From the human T2T-CHM13v2.0 reference genome, Homo sapiens: a stretch of DNA of 64,000 nucleotides. The stretch lies in assembly GCF_009914755.1 (NCBI RefSeq), contig NC_060925.1. One strand, 5' to 3'. Each line of letters begins with the position of its first letter. Position 1 is the stretch's first letter. The translations under genes and the position numbers were made by a program. This document shows positions 39,990 to 55,289 of the stretch, piece after piece. A model generated the notes under the pieces. The model saw nothing but the letters and a program-made list of their open reading frames with translations. It was not told where the DNA came from and did no database searches.

Positions 39990-40800
39990 AGTGGGCAAGG
40001 ATGATACAACCATTTTACAGACAAAGCAACTGAGGTTCAGAGAAGTTAAGAAAGTTATCTATGGCGACAGAGCTATGAAGCAGAGGTTCAAACCCGTCTT
40101 TATATTCCAAGTCCAGGTCTTTTCAACTAGTTATTCAAATAATTCATTTGTTCATCCATTTACTCAATAGATAGTTATTGGCCATGCACTAAGAGCCAGG
40201 TGCTGGTCTAGTTGTTGAGGATAGAGCCCTGGACACAACTGACAATGTTCCTGCCATCACAAGGCCTATAGTTTAGGAAGCACTAGTCTAACTTCCAATA
40301 ACCATCCTCTCTTCTAACCTACTTTCACATGCACAGTCAGCATCTGTAATTTGATATTTTATTTTGCTGTTGAGTATTGCACATTACCTTTGAGTATGGT
40401 GTGTTACCTTTGGCTCCCCCAGCTAGATGATGAGCCTGGTGAAGGCAGGGCTGTTGTCTAATATTTCTCTTTTTCACAGTCTACCCAGCACAACCCATTA
40501 AATAAGTGCTTTTTTTCTCCTGTAGAACATCTTTATTACTGTGATCTTAAGATCATTTGGGGTTTTATTTAGAGCTTAGCTATTGCAGCTTCTGTTATTG
40601 AGCTTTGTCAAATGTTATGTTTATATTGTCTCATTAGTGCTGACACCACCCAACTATAAGACCCATTTTACAGTTGAGGAAATTGTGGCTTATGAGGGCT
40701 GAGAAACTTGCCCGAGTTCTTAGAGTCAGTAAGAAGAAAAGCTAGGATTCTGCCAGTGGCTGAATTCAAAAGCCCAATTTCTGTATACCATGTACTTGAG
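39990..40800. repeat. MIR/L2 fragment cluster
   Basis: ccattttacagacaaagcaactgaggttcagagaagttaag; cattcatttgttcatccatt...; cccattttacagttgaggaaattgtggc. Confidence 0.7.
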
Positions 40801-42059
40801 CCTGAGCAGTGAGGGAATCTTTGCCCACCTGAAACATATAGAGAATATCAAAAGACCCTATGATATGATATACATGATACATAAGGTGAATTTAATACCA
40901 GCCATTGATTCATCCAGTCACTCCAATCACTCAGACCTTCATAGTAAAATTCATGTGGCATCTTGGCTCCTGCCCCACCCTCTATTTTGTGGTCTTCTTA
41001 AAATGCTATCTTTTTTCAATAGAATAATTTTCAAAGGAATCCCTGTGTTCCTAGAAAGGTGACAAATCAGAGATTGACTAGCATGAGGAGGGTAGTGGAA
41101 GGTTCACACCTGTTTGTAATAACTGGCTTATACAAAACGTAAGTACGAACACAATGGATGGCGATTGTGTTCTGCCAATGCGGTTGGCATTCATTCTGAG
41201 AAAAGATGGCAGACCAAGGCCAGAGCATGGCCCAGTTGCTGAAAATCAGAACCACACTGGAGCCACCAGGGACCCTGGTAACTAGGTGGAGCTGAACCAT
41301 TTATTTCTGTTTTGATGGCATAGTTTCCACTTTAAGTAATGTGGGCTTAATCTTCATTTACATTCTTCAATCTACACAGAAGTGTATTTATTATTGTCTT
41401 GTGATAAGCAGTAGTGTTAATATAAAGCAGTGCTCCCTGAAACTGCAGACAGTTTCCAAGGTCTGGGCAAAAAGAAACAAAAATGTAGGGAGGGGAGCCC
41501 TGCAGCATGACAAGAGTTTTTGAAAATGAAAACCAAAAAAATTTTAAAGAAAATGAATCCTAATCCTTTTGGAACTTTCATCAGTCAGTCTGTCGACAAG
41601 GAACTGATAATTTCTGAATGTGAAGATTTGGATAACAAATGAGTTACATGTATAACTAGGCTTTTGCTGGGTTTCTCTATGTAGATAATGACTCAACTGG
41701 TGAGTACCATCAGAGAAAGGCCAGTACACTGGGTGGCCTGTGGATGCTTGTGTTTATTTGATGCAAGGCTCCTGCTTTCGTTGGGGATTGCTGGAAGAGT
41801 GACACACACCAAGCTACATTTCTGCCAGTTGTGGTTTTGAGATAACAAGGCTTAAAATTTGTATGCCAAAGTTAAAATTCATGATCTTTTTCCTGTGGGC
41901 ACATTTTAGTTCAGTCTCTTTGCTCAAAAGAATTTGACACCAATTATTGCTTTTCAGTACTATTGAGCATGAGACAATCTATAGAATAATCCAAAAAGGA
42001 AGATCTATAATTATACACCTTCTCATAAAGGGATCATGGATATTATTGCTATGTATGTC

Positions 42060-42473
42060 CAGAATAGCTCTTCTTACTTTTGAGGAGTAACTATTAGAGT
42101 CTTACCAGGTGCCAACCACAGTGCTTCACATTCTTGCCACAGAGACTGGTCCAAGGATAGGCAGATGACAAAACCAGGCAAATTCTAATTCTTCCACAAA
42201 TGTTTTCTAATATAGAGCTGCCAAAATTGCTCTCCTGCATTTTTTAGGTGTGCAATTGCAATATAAATCTGAAAATGCCCATGGCCATGAAAGATCTGGA
42301 AATGAAAAATAGCATTATCTGATTCTTTGGATCTAGTCTTCCCTGAGCCAGCTCCACTTTTCCCATGCATGGGGCGGGGGGGTCGGGGCTAGCGAGCTAA
42401 TAAATATCCTTTTATTGCTTAAACTAGCTCCAGTTCTGATCCCACCATTTGTAACCAAGTGTCCTGAGTGACA
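42060..42473 (+). mobile_element. Old MLT1 (J/K-like) LTR remnant
   Basis: taataaatatccttttattgcttaaactagc...tgtaaccaag...tgaca 3' end. Confidence 0.55.
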
Positions 42474-42998
42474 TAAATAATTAAATCAGGCCCAGAGAAA
42501 TATGACCCTTAGTATCTGACAATTAGGAGAAGCATACAAACCATAAATTAAATGACATAAAAATAATTCTTATGCAAAAGACAGTATACCTCAAGACATG
42601 AAGGGTTGTTTTGAAATCCTTGGAAAGCAATACAGACTGCAGAATATAATTCTTGTGGGAGAATCAGTCTCCACAGTGTTTTCTGCAGAACTGAGAAAGT
42701 ATCACCTACCTGCCAGAGCAGGGCTTTAAAATGACAAATCTGGTTTGTTCTGGACACAGTGATTTTTTTAAGAATTTTTTTTACTATACTTTAAATAATA
42801 AAAATATATTTTCATTGTTATTAAATATTATTATAATACTTTTATTGGTATTTTAGGAGCATTACTCCAAAGATGGTGAGAAATTATTATATACAAAATT
42901 GTAATGTGTTTCACCTTCAGAATGCTATTTTATTTTCTCAGCTAATGATTATTATTTTAGCAAGATTTGACAATAATAGTAAAATAATCGAACCAGTA

Positions 42999-43292
42999 TT
43001 TTTTTTTTTGAGACATGGTCTCACTCTGTGTCTCAGGCTGGAGTGTAGTGGCATAATCATGGCTCACTGCAGACTCAACTTCCCAGGCTCAGATGATCCT
43101 CCCACCTCAGCCTCCCCAGTAGCTGGGACTACAGGCACATGCCACAATGCCCAGCTAATTTTTCGTATTTTTGGTAGAGTCAGGGATTTGCCATGTTGCC
43201 CAAGCTGGCCTTGAACTCCTGGGCTCAAGTGATACACCCACCTCAGCCTCCCAAATTGCTGGCTTTATAAGGGTGAGCCACCGCGCCAGGCC
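42999..43292 (-). mobile_element. AluJ
   Basis: Full dimer, J features; imperfect TSD tcgaaccagta/tcaaagcagta. Confidence 0.9.
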
Positions 43293-43557
43293 TCAAAGCA
43301 GTACATTAAGAACTGTTCGTGTAAATAAGCTCTGTTGAGGGACATTAACTGGGGAATAAAGTGGCTGGAAAGGACACATTGAACTCCTTTTTCATCTTCT
43401 CTGAAAATGTTAATAATAACTGAGACACATCTCTGTGTCTATATCTATACTTTTCATAAGTGAGGAAAGAATATGTGAAAATTTGGCCAAAACTTAAAGT
43501 TTTTGAATGCAGGAAAAGGTTTGTTATTCACAGTGGAACAGGGGAAATGTAAGAAGA

Positions 43558-43940
43558 TGATACGGTTTGGTTGTTTCCCTACCCAAATCTCATCCTGAAT
43601 TGTAGCTCCCATAATTCTCACGTGTTGTGGCAGAGACCTGGTGGGAGATAATTGAATCGTGGGGGCAGTTTCCCCCATACTGTTCTCGTCATAATGAATA
43701 AGTCTCATGAAATCTGATGGTTTTATGAGGTTCTCATTCCCTTTTGCCTGCCACCATGTAAGACACTTGGTTCTCATTCCCTCTTGCCTGCCTCCATGTA
43801 AGATGTGCCTTTCATCTTCCACCATGATTATGAGACCTCCCTAGCCACTTGGAACTGTGAGTCCATTAAACCTCTTTTTCTTTATAAATTACCCAGTCTT
43901 GGGTGTGTCTTTATTAGCAGCATGAGAACAGATTAATACA
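43558..43940 (+). mobile_element. THE1 (THE1B-like, MaLR) solo LTR with internal duplication
   Basis: tgatacggtttgg...cccaaatctcatc...gtccattaaacctc...gattaataca; 5-bp TSD gaaga/gaagt. Confidence 0.92.
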
Positions 43941-45876
43941 GAAGTCTTCTGCATATTGAAGAGAAAAAGCCTATTGTCTTCTCAATGTCCAGATCAATTG
44001 CATTTATTCCAAGTCTGGGGTGTCTCATGGTTCATTCAAGGAACACTGACAGTGAGTCATGTGACAGGCCTTGGGAAAAAAACATAATTGTGTTCATAAA
44101 TATTATTAAGAAAAGCAGAGGATCTCAAAAGTCAGATTTGGATGAACATTAGTTGATGCATTGAAACATGGATTATGTCAAATATCCCATGGATTCTAAG
44201 CTGCCTTAATTGTAAAAAAACTCTTTGATGCTCTGCTTAGTACGTAAGCACCTTCAATTGCTGTCAAGTGTACATACAGCAACAATTAAAGATAAACAAA
44301 TAAACATATTGGGATATGCTGTCATCAGAGTACAGGGAAATGACCCAAAAGCTCAATGTTTCCAAGAGGAAATTAGTTCCGACCCCACGTGGCCATTGTT
44401 ACAGACTAGAATCTGGATTTTGTTTGCTCTTGATTACACAGAGGAAGAAACAAAAAATAAGTTGTCCTGGTGATAAGCAAATGGCTGGGATGGTTTTCCT
44501 CAGTGAAAATCAATGTGATGTCTTATTCCCAGGCCTAGAGATAGGTGGGAGATGGGGAGGGAAGCTATTTAGTTTACCAGCATTACTAAAGTTGCCCTTT
44601 TTTCCCTGGTGGATTTCCTTTTCCTGATTTCAGAGCTTAGAGAACTCAGTTCTGTCTAGAGGCCCTAACATTCCACTTCCCACACTCAACATGGGCCTAT
44701 TGTCATCATGGACATTTTTTAATGTATAATTCAAGTAATCCTCAAAGCAGCCCTAATAGTTTGGTATCTTTATTGTTATCAGCCTCTCTTGAGAATCAGA
44801 AAAGTTAAATACTTTTTTAAAGATCCTGTAGATGGTTAGAGGCAGCTAGGATTCAAATACCCATCTGTCTGGATCTGAAGCCTATCTCTTAATCCCCAAA
44901 CCCACTGCAACATGCAGTCCATTCTCACATGTGCAAGTGCATCTAACCCACAAATGCTTTTTTTAAAAAAAATATTAAGGATGAGCTGGTGGTGTTTCCT
45001 CCATACGCCGGCCAGTCACAGTTTAGCATCATGGGATAAGTGTGGGAAAGGTCTGACTAGAGTAGAAATACAGATTGTGCCCAGCCTTAAAACAAAAACA
45101 TGTTTCTTTCACATTTCACATTAACAAATCTAAACAGCTGATGAAATACTGTAATCCTAGGATTATATACCATGAGGAGCCTAAGAACCCCTTTTTAATT
45201 TATCAAAGATTCAGTATATTTGTAATCACATGTAATAAGTGAGGTTGCTGATGTAGAGGAAAAAGAAATGACAATCTTTGATCCCATTGTACCCTGGGAT
45301 CCCGAAAATCATCCTTAGCCTGCTGGTAGCCAGTCTGGTCTTTGGTGTTCCTGGGCATGTGTCCCATTCTGAGCCATGGGAATACTTCTTCTCATGTCCT
45401 ACCCTCTCACACATAATGCCCACCTGGTATTCTTCCTTCTCACTCCACACCACACTCCCCAACTAACCACAGCCACCATTATATTCTCTTCTTCCCTCTT
45501 CTCCCCTTCCCTGCCCTTGCTTCCTTTCTTCTCCATGTGTCTCTTCTCCTACTCTGTTCCCAACATAAGATTTAGCATGAAGCCATGCCTTTTCTCCTCA
45601 AAACTGAGTTTCTCAAAGATCATTCACCTCCATATCCCTGCAGGAAGCGATGGGTATGAGCAGTGTCTACTAGTTGGATGGACAGATCAAGGGATGGATG
45701 GGGCTTTTGACCATGTGTTTCTTTCAAGACTTGTTGAAGTCATTTTATTTAGTGAACAAATAGCCATTTTGATATCATTTCTTCTCCCCTTTCAAATTAC
45801 TTATTACAATTTTGGGTGTGGGTTTATGGTGGGTGGGGGTAGTTGCCCATGCTTTTGGAGCTGAGATGTAATTCTT

Positions 45877-45958
45877 CCCTCCCTCCCTCCCTCCCTCCCT
45901 TCCTCCCTGCATGCCTCCCTACCTCCCTTCCTCCCTTCTTCCATTCCTTCCTTCCTTC
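45877..45958. repeat. (CCCT)6 plus (CCTT)n pyrimidine tract
   Basis: Direct reading. Confidence 0.9.
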
Positions 45959-46234
45959 CAGATATTCTTTAGACAAGCAAAGAAAGAAACTTCACAGAGA
46001 CTTTAAGCAGTTTATATCCAACTATGTGACTCCTAAGAGGTGACCGCAGGTGGTTTCAAAAATCTTCTGGGAATGATCCCATGTTATATAATAATGAGAA
46101 CACTGAGCTCGACATCAGGAGGCCTGGCTTTAGCTTTGGTCTCCCTTTTCAGTATGCCTGGAATTCTGGGCAGATCACTTGGCCTCTCTGTGCTTAGTTT
46201 TGTCATCTGTAAATAGGGAAGGTAGGACTAATGA

Positions 46235-46463
46235 GTGATTTTTAAACTGTTCCTGGGAGCCCTCAAAGATTCATGGAGGTGTCTTGAGAGTCTGTCCTAC
46301 AAGGGATGTTATGGTAGAGAAGGAGGTGGTTGCATAGATCAGGCAGGGCTGAGTCCCTCATTCCTACTTCAACCTGAATTAATGTTCTGGTGAAACTTTT
46401 TGAATGTATCCCATTTTTAAGCTTTCTGCTAGAAAACCTACTCCAAAAAAGTTTGAAAACTAC
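46235..46463. mobile_element. MER103C-like hAT MITE inside a MIR
   Basis: Ends gtgatttttaaactg...gtttgaaaactacc; MIR sequence resumes on both sides. A second similar copy lies at ~47183-47440. Confidence 0.5.
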
Positions 46464-48321
46464 CAGACTGGATTATCTTTAAGGTGCCTTCCAGCATAAC
46501 TGACTTCAATATATAAATTATCTGTGTGTGATCTTCCTTTACAGAAATAATGGAGCCTTTCTTTTCCTCGTGTGGTTGTTGCTCTAAGAATGCATTTCTT
46601 ATCAAGAGAATAATCTGCTTTTCATTCTGCTTCCTACCTAGCTCAACAGAGCACAAAATGCCCAAGCTAGATCCCTTATTCCCCTGTGAATATCTTCTGT
46701 TTAGACTCATCCATCATCGGTGGGGCTTATGACAGACATAGATGTTTTCACAGTTACCACACAGGGCCAACTGTTTTAGTAAGGGTGACCACTTAGGACA
46801 GCTTTGGGCTCTTGAGCTGTCCTCTGTTGAAGCCGGGAAACCCTAAGCTGTCATCTTAGCAACACCGGGTTGTTCATCCACTTTGAAAGAGACAACTTTA
46901 TGGTCCTGATGACATTTCCTATATTATATTAAGGATGCATCTTGAGAGGATGTGTTGGGTTTGTTTTCTGGACAAGCTGGATGAGTCTCTCTCTCTTTCT
47001 GTTTTAGCCACTGCCCTTTGTAGGGTTTGTTTTTCCTGCTGTCCCAGAATAGATGACTTAATGGGTTGCTGAAAATGTCCAGGCTGCCTCTGGCTCTGGG
47101 GGTAGCTCGGCCTTAACAATGGAAGGCATTTAGCAGAGCCTCATGTTTTAGAGCAAGAAAGACTTGAGAGAGCATCTCATCTGGTATTTTTCAAGATGCT
47201 TTTTAATTTTTTAAACAGCAAACCTTTTCTTTCCCCAATACAAATCTGACACAAAACCTCAATTTATAAAACAGATTTTTAAAAGAGGGGTGGGAGGTAG
47301 GAGAAATTCTACCAAATGGTACTTTCCTTGCTATTTATCCTCCCCCCATACTACCTCCTACCACACACACACACACTCAGCAATACCTAAGCACTTCTAG
47401 GGAACCCTTGGCCTCCCAAAAGCAATAGAAACCCCCAGTCCTGAACCTCTTTTTTTTTGTTTGTCAGGAAACTGAAAAACAGTGAGATACGGTAACTTGC
47501 CTAAGACCCCACAGCTAGAGATCTCAGTGCCAGACTGCAACACTTCTAAATCTGGTTTAATCTTCCTCTCCACCCCTCTCTAATTTATTATGCCACTTCA
47601 CCTTTGAACCCTGGAAAAGAGCAGGAAGAAAAAATTATGTACCAGTGTGCTCAATTCTTGTACATCTGTCTTTAATTCTCAAAGCAACTTTACAAGGTGG
47701 GCATTATTATTATGCCCATTTTACAGAAAGGTTAAATCACTTATCCAGTGAAACTCAGCCAGAAGTGGCAGAACTTACATTGAAAGCTAGGCCTATCAAA
47801 TTTCAAAGCTGTTCTTTCTACTATACCACAGGATTAAACAATGCCAACTATTGCTTGTCATAAATGAAACCCTCTCTTAACATAAGTTTGACTCAAAAAG
47901 TCTGACTCATAATTCATGAAATACTAAGTAACTCTTCTTAAATAACTACCATAGACTGTCCCTCTCCAAAGTTTTCTATGTCTATTGCAAGCATGTTTTG
48001 CCTTTAACAAACAACACCCCTTTCTCTGGGAATCATTCTCTGTCATTCCTCTACCCTATCTCATCCAGAAACTGGGGCTCTAGAAACCATGATTTTGATG
48101 TTTAATTCAAGTCTGGTCTTGAGTGGGCCAAGCTAGGAATGAGGAGCAGGAGAGAGTTAAGACGTAAAATTTTACTCACTGTACGGATTGAGCAGTGGAA
48201 AGAGAACCAAGAAGAGAGATCTTGTGACAACTTACATCTCCGGTTTACTTTTGCATTTCAGTTCAATGAAACAGCCTACTTACCATATAATTTAGTCTGC
48301 CTTTTTTTTCCTGAAGCTTTG

Positions 48322-48657
<336 letters not shown>

Positions 48658-49991
48658 TCCTTCCTGAAGCTTTGAATTTATGTTACTAGCAAACCAAACA
48701 ATCCTACTGACTATATCATCAAATCGGATGGCCTGAGGATTCTTCAGGTAGATTCAGGCTGCCTTCTTGTTGCAGTCAGTCATGCTTATTTTACATTCAT
48801 ATCATACAGTGCTGCCATGATTGGAGTCCTCAGCAATCAGTTATTCCAGTCCTCTTTGTTTATACTGAAACAAGTCACTATAAAATCTCCTGTTCACATG
48901 GATAAGGTACAGTATCCAGAGAAAGCCAATCTGCTCTAGCCTTATTGATTTTGTCTCTTAGACTTCTCCCTGCTGGACAGAAAATGTAAAATAGGAACGT
49001 TCAAAATAAATAAGCCAGGGATACTAAGTTCAATTAAATAGAACAAAATGCTTTATATTTTACAAACATTAACTTGAGAAGAGAAATCTAAGTTATTATG
49101 GTCTCCAAATGGTAATAGCCCAAATTTCTACTAGCAATAAGATAGATAATTATGGTACTATGTATTCATACAGCAAAATAATATACAGCAACAAAAAGTA
49201 ATGAATTATAGTTACAGGCAGCAACATGGGTGAATGCCATGTTAATTCCCATTTGTGATAGAAATCAAAATAATAGTTACCTCTTGAAGGGAATGACCAG
49301 GAAAGTCATAGGGGAGGTTCCTGGGTGCCATAACATTTGATATCTTTATTTAGGTGGTAGTTACAGAGCTGTGTTCACTTTGCAAAAATTAATTGAATTC
49401 TATAGTTATCATTTGTGCAGAATTATGTATGTATATTATACTTCAATTGTAAAAGCTTACCCCAAAAATATCTGAATTATTAGAAATTAGACATAAAACT
49501 TACTTCCTCTAGGTCATGGTCTCCCATTATATAAAACAAGAAATTAAACTCAACATTCTTAAAACTGGAAGTGATCTAAGGAAGAGTATCTAGTTCAAAC
49601 ATGAAATGTTTTACAGAAAGAGAGACCGTGGCCAAAGAAGTAAAGTGATAGGCTATAAATTATGAAGTTTATAATTGGTAGAGCCAAGATTAGTCCTTAG
49701 ATCTTTTAGCTATGTTAACAAAGATATTCTAAATAAACCTCTTAATACTATTCTAAAATAATTTGCTCTGAAGTATACTTTTGTACTAGGAACAAAGGGT
49801 TTGTAAAATAAATAAATAATGTGAACAATACCATCAGTGTTTGCATAGAAACAATATGATATCATTCTTAAAGATAAAATCCCTTTGTCACTCACTCCAT
49901 GAGATACCATCTGATTTGGTTTCTGAAAATTTTGGCAAAATTATACATTGCTTGAAATCTCATTCCCAGGCTGTATTTGAAATAAAGTCTT

Positions 49992-50698
49992 TTTTTTTTA
50001 ATTTTTTACTTTAAATTTCAGGGGTACTTGTGCAGGATGTGCAGGGTTTTTACATAGGTAAATGTGTGTCATGGGGTTTGTTGTACAGATTATTTCGTCA
50101 GCCAGATATTAAGCCTAGTATACATTAGTTATTTTTCCTGATCCTCTCCCTCCTCCCACTCTCCACCCTCCAATAGGCCCCACTGTGTGTTGTTCCCCTC
50201 CATGTGTCCATGTGTTCTCATCATTTAGCTCCTACTTACAAGTGAGAACATGTGGTATCTGCTTTTCTGTTCCTGCATTGGTTTGCTAAGGATAATGGCC
50301 TCCAGCTCCGTCCATGGCCCTGCAAAGAATATGATCTCATTCTTTTTTATGGCTGCATTGTATTCCATGGAGTATATTATACATGCCACATTTTCTTTGT
50401 CCAGTCTATCATTGATGGGTATTTGGGTTGATTCCATGACTTTGCTATTGTGAATAGTGCTGCAATGAACATACTCATGCACATGTCTTTATAATAGAAT
50501 GATTTATATTCCTTTGGGTATATACCTAGTAATGGAATTGCTGAGTCTAATGGTATTTCTGTCTTTAGGTCTTTGAGGAATCACCATACTGTCTTCCACA
50601 GTGGTTGAACTAATTTACACTCCCACCAACAGTGTATACGCATTCCTTTTTTTCTCCACAACCTCACCAGCATCTGTTTTTTTTTTTAACAATAGCCA
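49992..50698 (-). mobile_element. 5'-truncated L1PA/L1PB 3' end (~0.7 kb)
   Basis: L1 3' UTR and ORF2 C-terminus (ORF 50225-50482: ...ELEAIILSKPMQEQKSRYHMFSL); perfect 14-bp TSD tgaaataaagtctt. Confidence 0.92.
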
Positions 50699-50789
50699 TG
50701 AAATAAAGTCTTGATGATGATAATGATGATGATGTCAAGGATTCTGACAATGTAAACAATGATGACAATGGTACAGTCTTATGGGTGGT

Positions 50790-51281
50790 ATGTTAGTTTC
50801 CTCATTTGCTAAATTAATTTTTTAATGGCTACTCTAAAAAAGTAGCACAAACTTGTTGACTGTCTTACAGTTTTGAAAGTCAGAAGTCCAAAATGGGCCT
50901 CACTGGCCTAAAATTAAGGTTCCTTTTGGAGGCTCAAGGGGAGAATCCATTTTTTTTTGTCATTTCCAGGCTTTAGAGGTGACTTGCATTTCTTGCTAGC
51001 AGCCCTCTTCCAAATTCAGTCAGCAACAGACAGTGGAATCCTTCTGAACACTGCATCATTGTAACATTCTGACTTTCTGCCTCTTTCCTCCATATTTAAA
51101 GGATGTTTATATTCCACTGGACCCACCCAAAAAATTCAGGAGAATCTCCTTATTTTGAGGTCAGCTGATTACTGATCTTAATGCCATCTGCAGCCTTAAT
51201 TCCCACTTGCCATGTAACATATTCAAATGCTCTGGGGATTAGGACATTCACATTTTTAGGGGCCTTTATTCTGTTTATCAC
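50790..51281 (-). mobile_element. MLT1 (D/E-like) solo LTR
   Basis: tcttacagttttgaaagtcagaagtccaaaatgggcctcactgg...ctggggattaggacatt...tattctgtttatcaca. Confidence 0.8.
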
Positions 51282-53544
51282 AGACAAGATTGTATTTATG
51301 CATTTTTGAAATACATACATATATACATATTTCATATAGTATATATATATATATATATAAGGCCTTGAGACAATGCTTTCTTTACCTAGAACAAAGTTAT
51401 TTTGTCCTAGGTATAATTATTTCCATTTTACCAAGGGAAAAAAAAAGAATAAGGTGAAGCAAATTGCCTACATTTCTGGAGCTGGTTATGGCAGAGCCAG
51501 GACTGGAAGCCAGATTTCCAAACCCAGTGTTCTCATTCAGTGAAAAGTGGTTTTCCTAAACCCAGCTGTCATGTTCCTCAAGCTCCAGAACCTCTGGAGG
51601 GTGAGCTGTGGTGGACAATTTGAGAATTTAGGTGGGTTTTGTTTCAGAGATTGAAGGATTTGAGAGATGAAGGATTGGCAGTTGCTGAATAGTAAGTGCT
51701 AGTCCATGGACAAATTTATGCAAAAGGCTGCGTTCTCCGTCAATTTACACACAATTGCTACTCATCTGTAAGACTTAGCATCTGCCTCACACTCCCCTAT
51801 ATTTAACCCTCAGCCTGGATCATGTGCTTGTCACAAATCAATATTTCTGCCACTCGACAGGAACTTCAGCCCTTTCAAATTCGTTCCAGGTAATTTGAGG
51901 AGACTCCAGGGCAGTGATGAAATAAAGTGAAAGCCCCTGATTTACTGGATCTGGAGGCTTGTGCTGTGAGTGAGAAGTGAGGGTGAAAGACCCTTATCAC
52001 AAGTATTTGTGCTTTTAGATGCACTGAGTCCCCACCCAGAGGTAGGCTCCCTGCCAACTCAGTCCCAAACCCCCTCTGAAATGGGGAAGAAGGGGCCCGG
52101 GCTGTGCAGTTCAGGTACCACAAGGTCTTCATTTGTGCTTGCAGCAAATAGAAAAGCATGTTTCTGACTTGGCCCCTAGTGTGAGGTCTGGTCTTGGAGG
52201 TTCCGCGGTCTCTCTTAAGACTCTCACTGGCTCACCTCTGCTGCCCCTCCACATGCCAGAATTCTCAGGCAAACTAAGCTTAAGCACAAACTAGGGCTCC
52301 AGTGCAGCCCAGAACTTAAAGCACTTTGCTAGGTGCAGACCTGGCTTTGGTATGAGTCTGTGTAATTTGTCCCATGTTGTCACAGTTGTCAGTCACACCT
52401 CCCTGTTTATAGTGGTTCCAGGGCTTTGGGATTCTTCAGGATCAGTCCTGCATAGTCCAGCCAGAGGGGATTACTGTTCCCCAAGGTACTACAGGCCTCT
52501 TCTTTCATCCCAGCTGACTGTGGGGCAGAATCAGCTCTGTGATATTGATAAAGAACTGAAATAGATCCTTTTAGACTTCAGGACTTCATCAGCCTGAAAT
52601 AATTTTCTCAGTACTAAATAAATAGTTGCCCCAACAATGATGAAAAATAAATATCGGGGCTATGGGTGAAATAAGTTGCTGAAGGAAATTTAATGTTATC
52701 AATAATATAATGGAATTTTGCCCTGTTTTACAGTTCATAAAGCACTTTCACACATGTTATTCATGTCATCAGGAAATGTTTACTGGCGGGCCCCAGTGCT
52801 GGAGATACACCAGGAAGTGAAGCAGAGATTGTGTTCTCGCAGGCCTTCTTCTGGGATTATAAAGTGGGGCTGCTGAGGAGTGAACCTGTAATCTTACACA
52901 TTAGCGTATACTCCCACCATGGAGCCATATCCTGCTCACAGTGCATGTCATCACAAACAACTCCCCGAGGCAGGCAAGACTGTTAATACTACCTCCACAT
53001 CAGGGATCAGGCAATTGAGCCTCAGAGTGGTGAAGAATCTTGCCAAAGCCCCACAGATTGATATGTTAAATCTGTGTTCAGTTCTGGCGATCCTTCCAAT
53101 ATGCTGGTTTGTTGCAAAGCACAGTGCCTGGTCCATAGGAAGCCCTCAGTAAATATGAATAGCTGCTAAGTGCTCAGTCAATGCCACCTGCTATTATACT
53201 TGTCACGGTGGTGTGAGAAGGATAACAAAAGTCATCGGAGCATCTGAACTCATCAGAGGCCGCCAGAGGAACATTCTGCTCCAGAGCATTTGTGTTCCAA
53301 ATGGAAACTATAAAAGCAAAAATAAAATGTTTATATTTTCTAGTTGGCTGTAAATAAAGAAATAATGATAAAAATAAATTAGTTGCCTGACCTAATGCTT
53401 TAAAGTTTGCAGATTGAGTAATGTCTTTTTCCGACAGTAAATTTAGTTAACAGTTATTTGTAAAATAATTAAAATTTCAAGTAACACATGCTCATTTTGC
53501 TTAACTAAGTTTGTGGGTTTATTGTTGAAAATAAAGATCAAATA

Positions 53545-53835
<291 letters not shown>

Positions 53836-53938
53836 TTATTTTTCAGCTAACTGGCTATTTTAAAATTTTGGAAAAATTTAAAAATATTACAAATCATACA
53901 CAATAGATGTTGAGTTAAATTCAATTCAGTTGACTTTA

Positions 53939-54278
<340 letters not shown>

Positions 54279-55289
54279 GCCTATCAGTAATATCCCCAAA
54301 TGTTAATAATTGATACCTTGATTTAAAGATAGTGATATCTATTTACTTTATATCAGCATCACTTAATTTTGATAAATACTCCAAGCCTTCATTTTGTTTT
54401 TAAGTAAAAGATGTAAAACTCATCTGGGAATATATCAAACCCCTACTAGTGCCTGCCCTCAAATGATCAAGCCTACACATAGCTGAGTCGTAACAAATGT
54501 GTTTTAAGGGAATATCAAGCATTAGCAATCTACCCACCACAGGAAAACATCTAATTCTATAGGAGTCAAGAGTTAGTCCTCATTCTAAATGCAGATACTC
54601 TGGGGTGTGTAATTCAACCCATGTAAGTGCCCCCTCTGTGCCTGGACCATGGAATAGATCGTTCATAAGATTGCTGCATCTCAGGAGACGGGTCTTTTCA
54701 GGAGCACTGGATGATTAGGCCAAGTTACTTGGGAAAGCCAGTCACTGTATTTATTTTTACAAGCCAGATGCTGGCACGTAGTGCATTCTTTTACAAAAAT
54801 AAAAGGGATTTGGAGAAAAAGAAAGGTTCAGGGTCACAGATGAAATCATGAGGGTATTTTACATGGTTTTATGGGTAGAAATTTTTACTTTTACCTTCTA
54901 CAATGGTTCTAAAAAAGCCGTTGAGCTGCTCTGTGCAGAAAGTAAACAGGGAAGAGTTTTATGCCCACAGTAGAGTAAAAACCTTAAACTGGGACATCAA
55001 GGGACTCCATGCCTGAGGCCGTGGAGAGGCTAATAGTGCCACGGGGTAGGGAACAGGGGAGTCTCTGTTCACCATGGTCCTGTCTCATTCCTAAGGAGTC
55101 TTTGGGAGCCCATAGTTAAGCTGTTTTGATAAACACTAAGTAATAACCAGATATGGACATGTGGAATTGATTAAGAGAGGAGGGATTAACTAATGCACTA
55201 AATAACCCATCATGCGTGGTGGGTTGGGGAGGAGGTAGAGACATAATGGTACAAGCTCCTGACGAAGAAGGGCCCTGAGATTTTCCTTC

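Noticed and set aside
45376-45864. 162-aa ORF as a novel membrane protein
   Set aside because: The F/L/S/P bias comes from a pyrimidine-rich low-complexity tract; no family similarity or exon structure evident.
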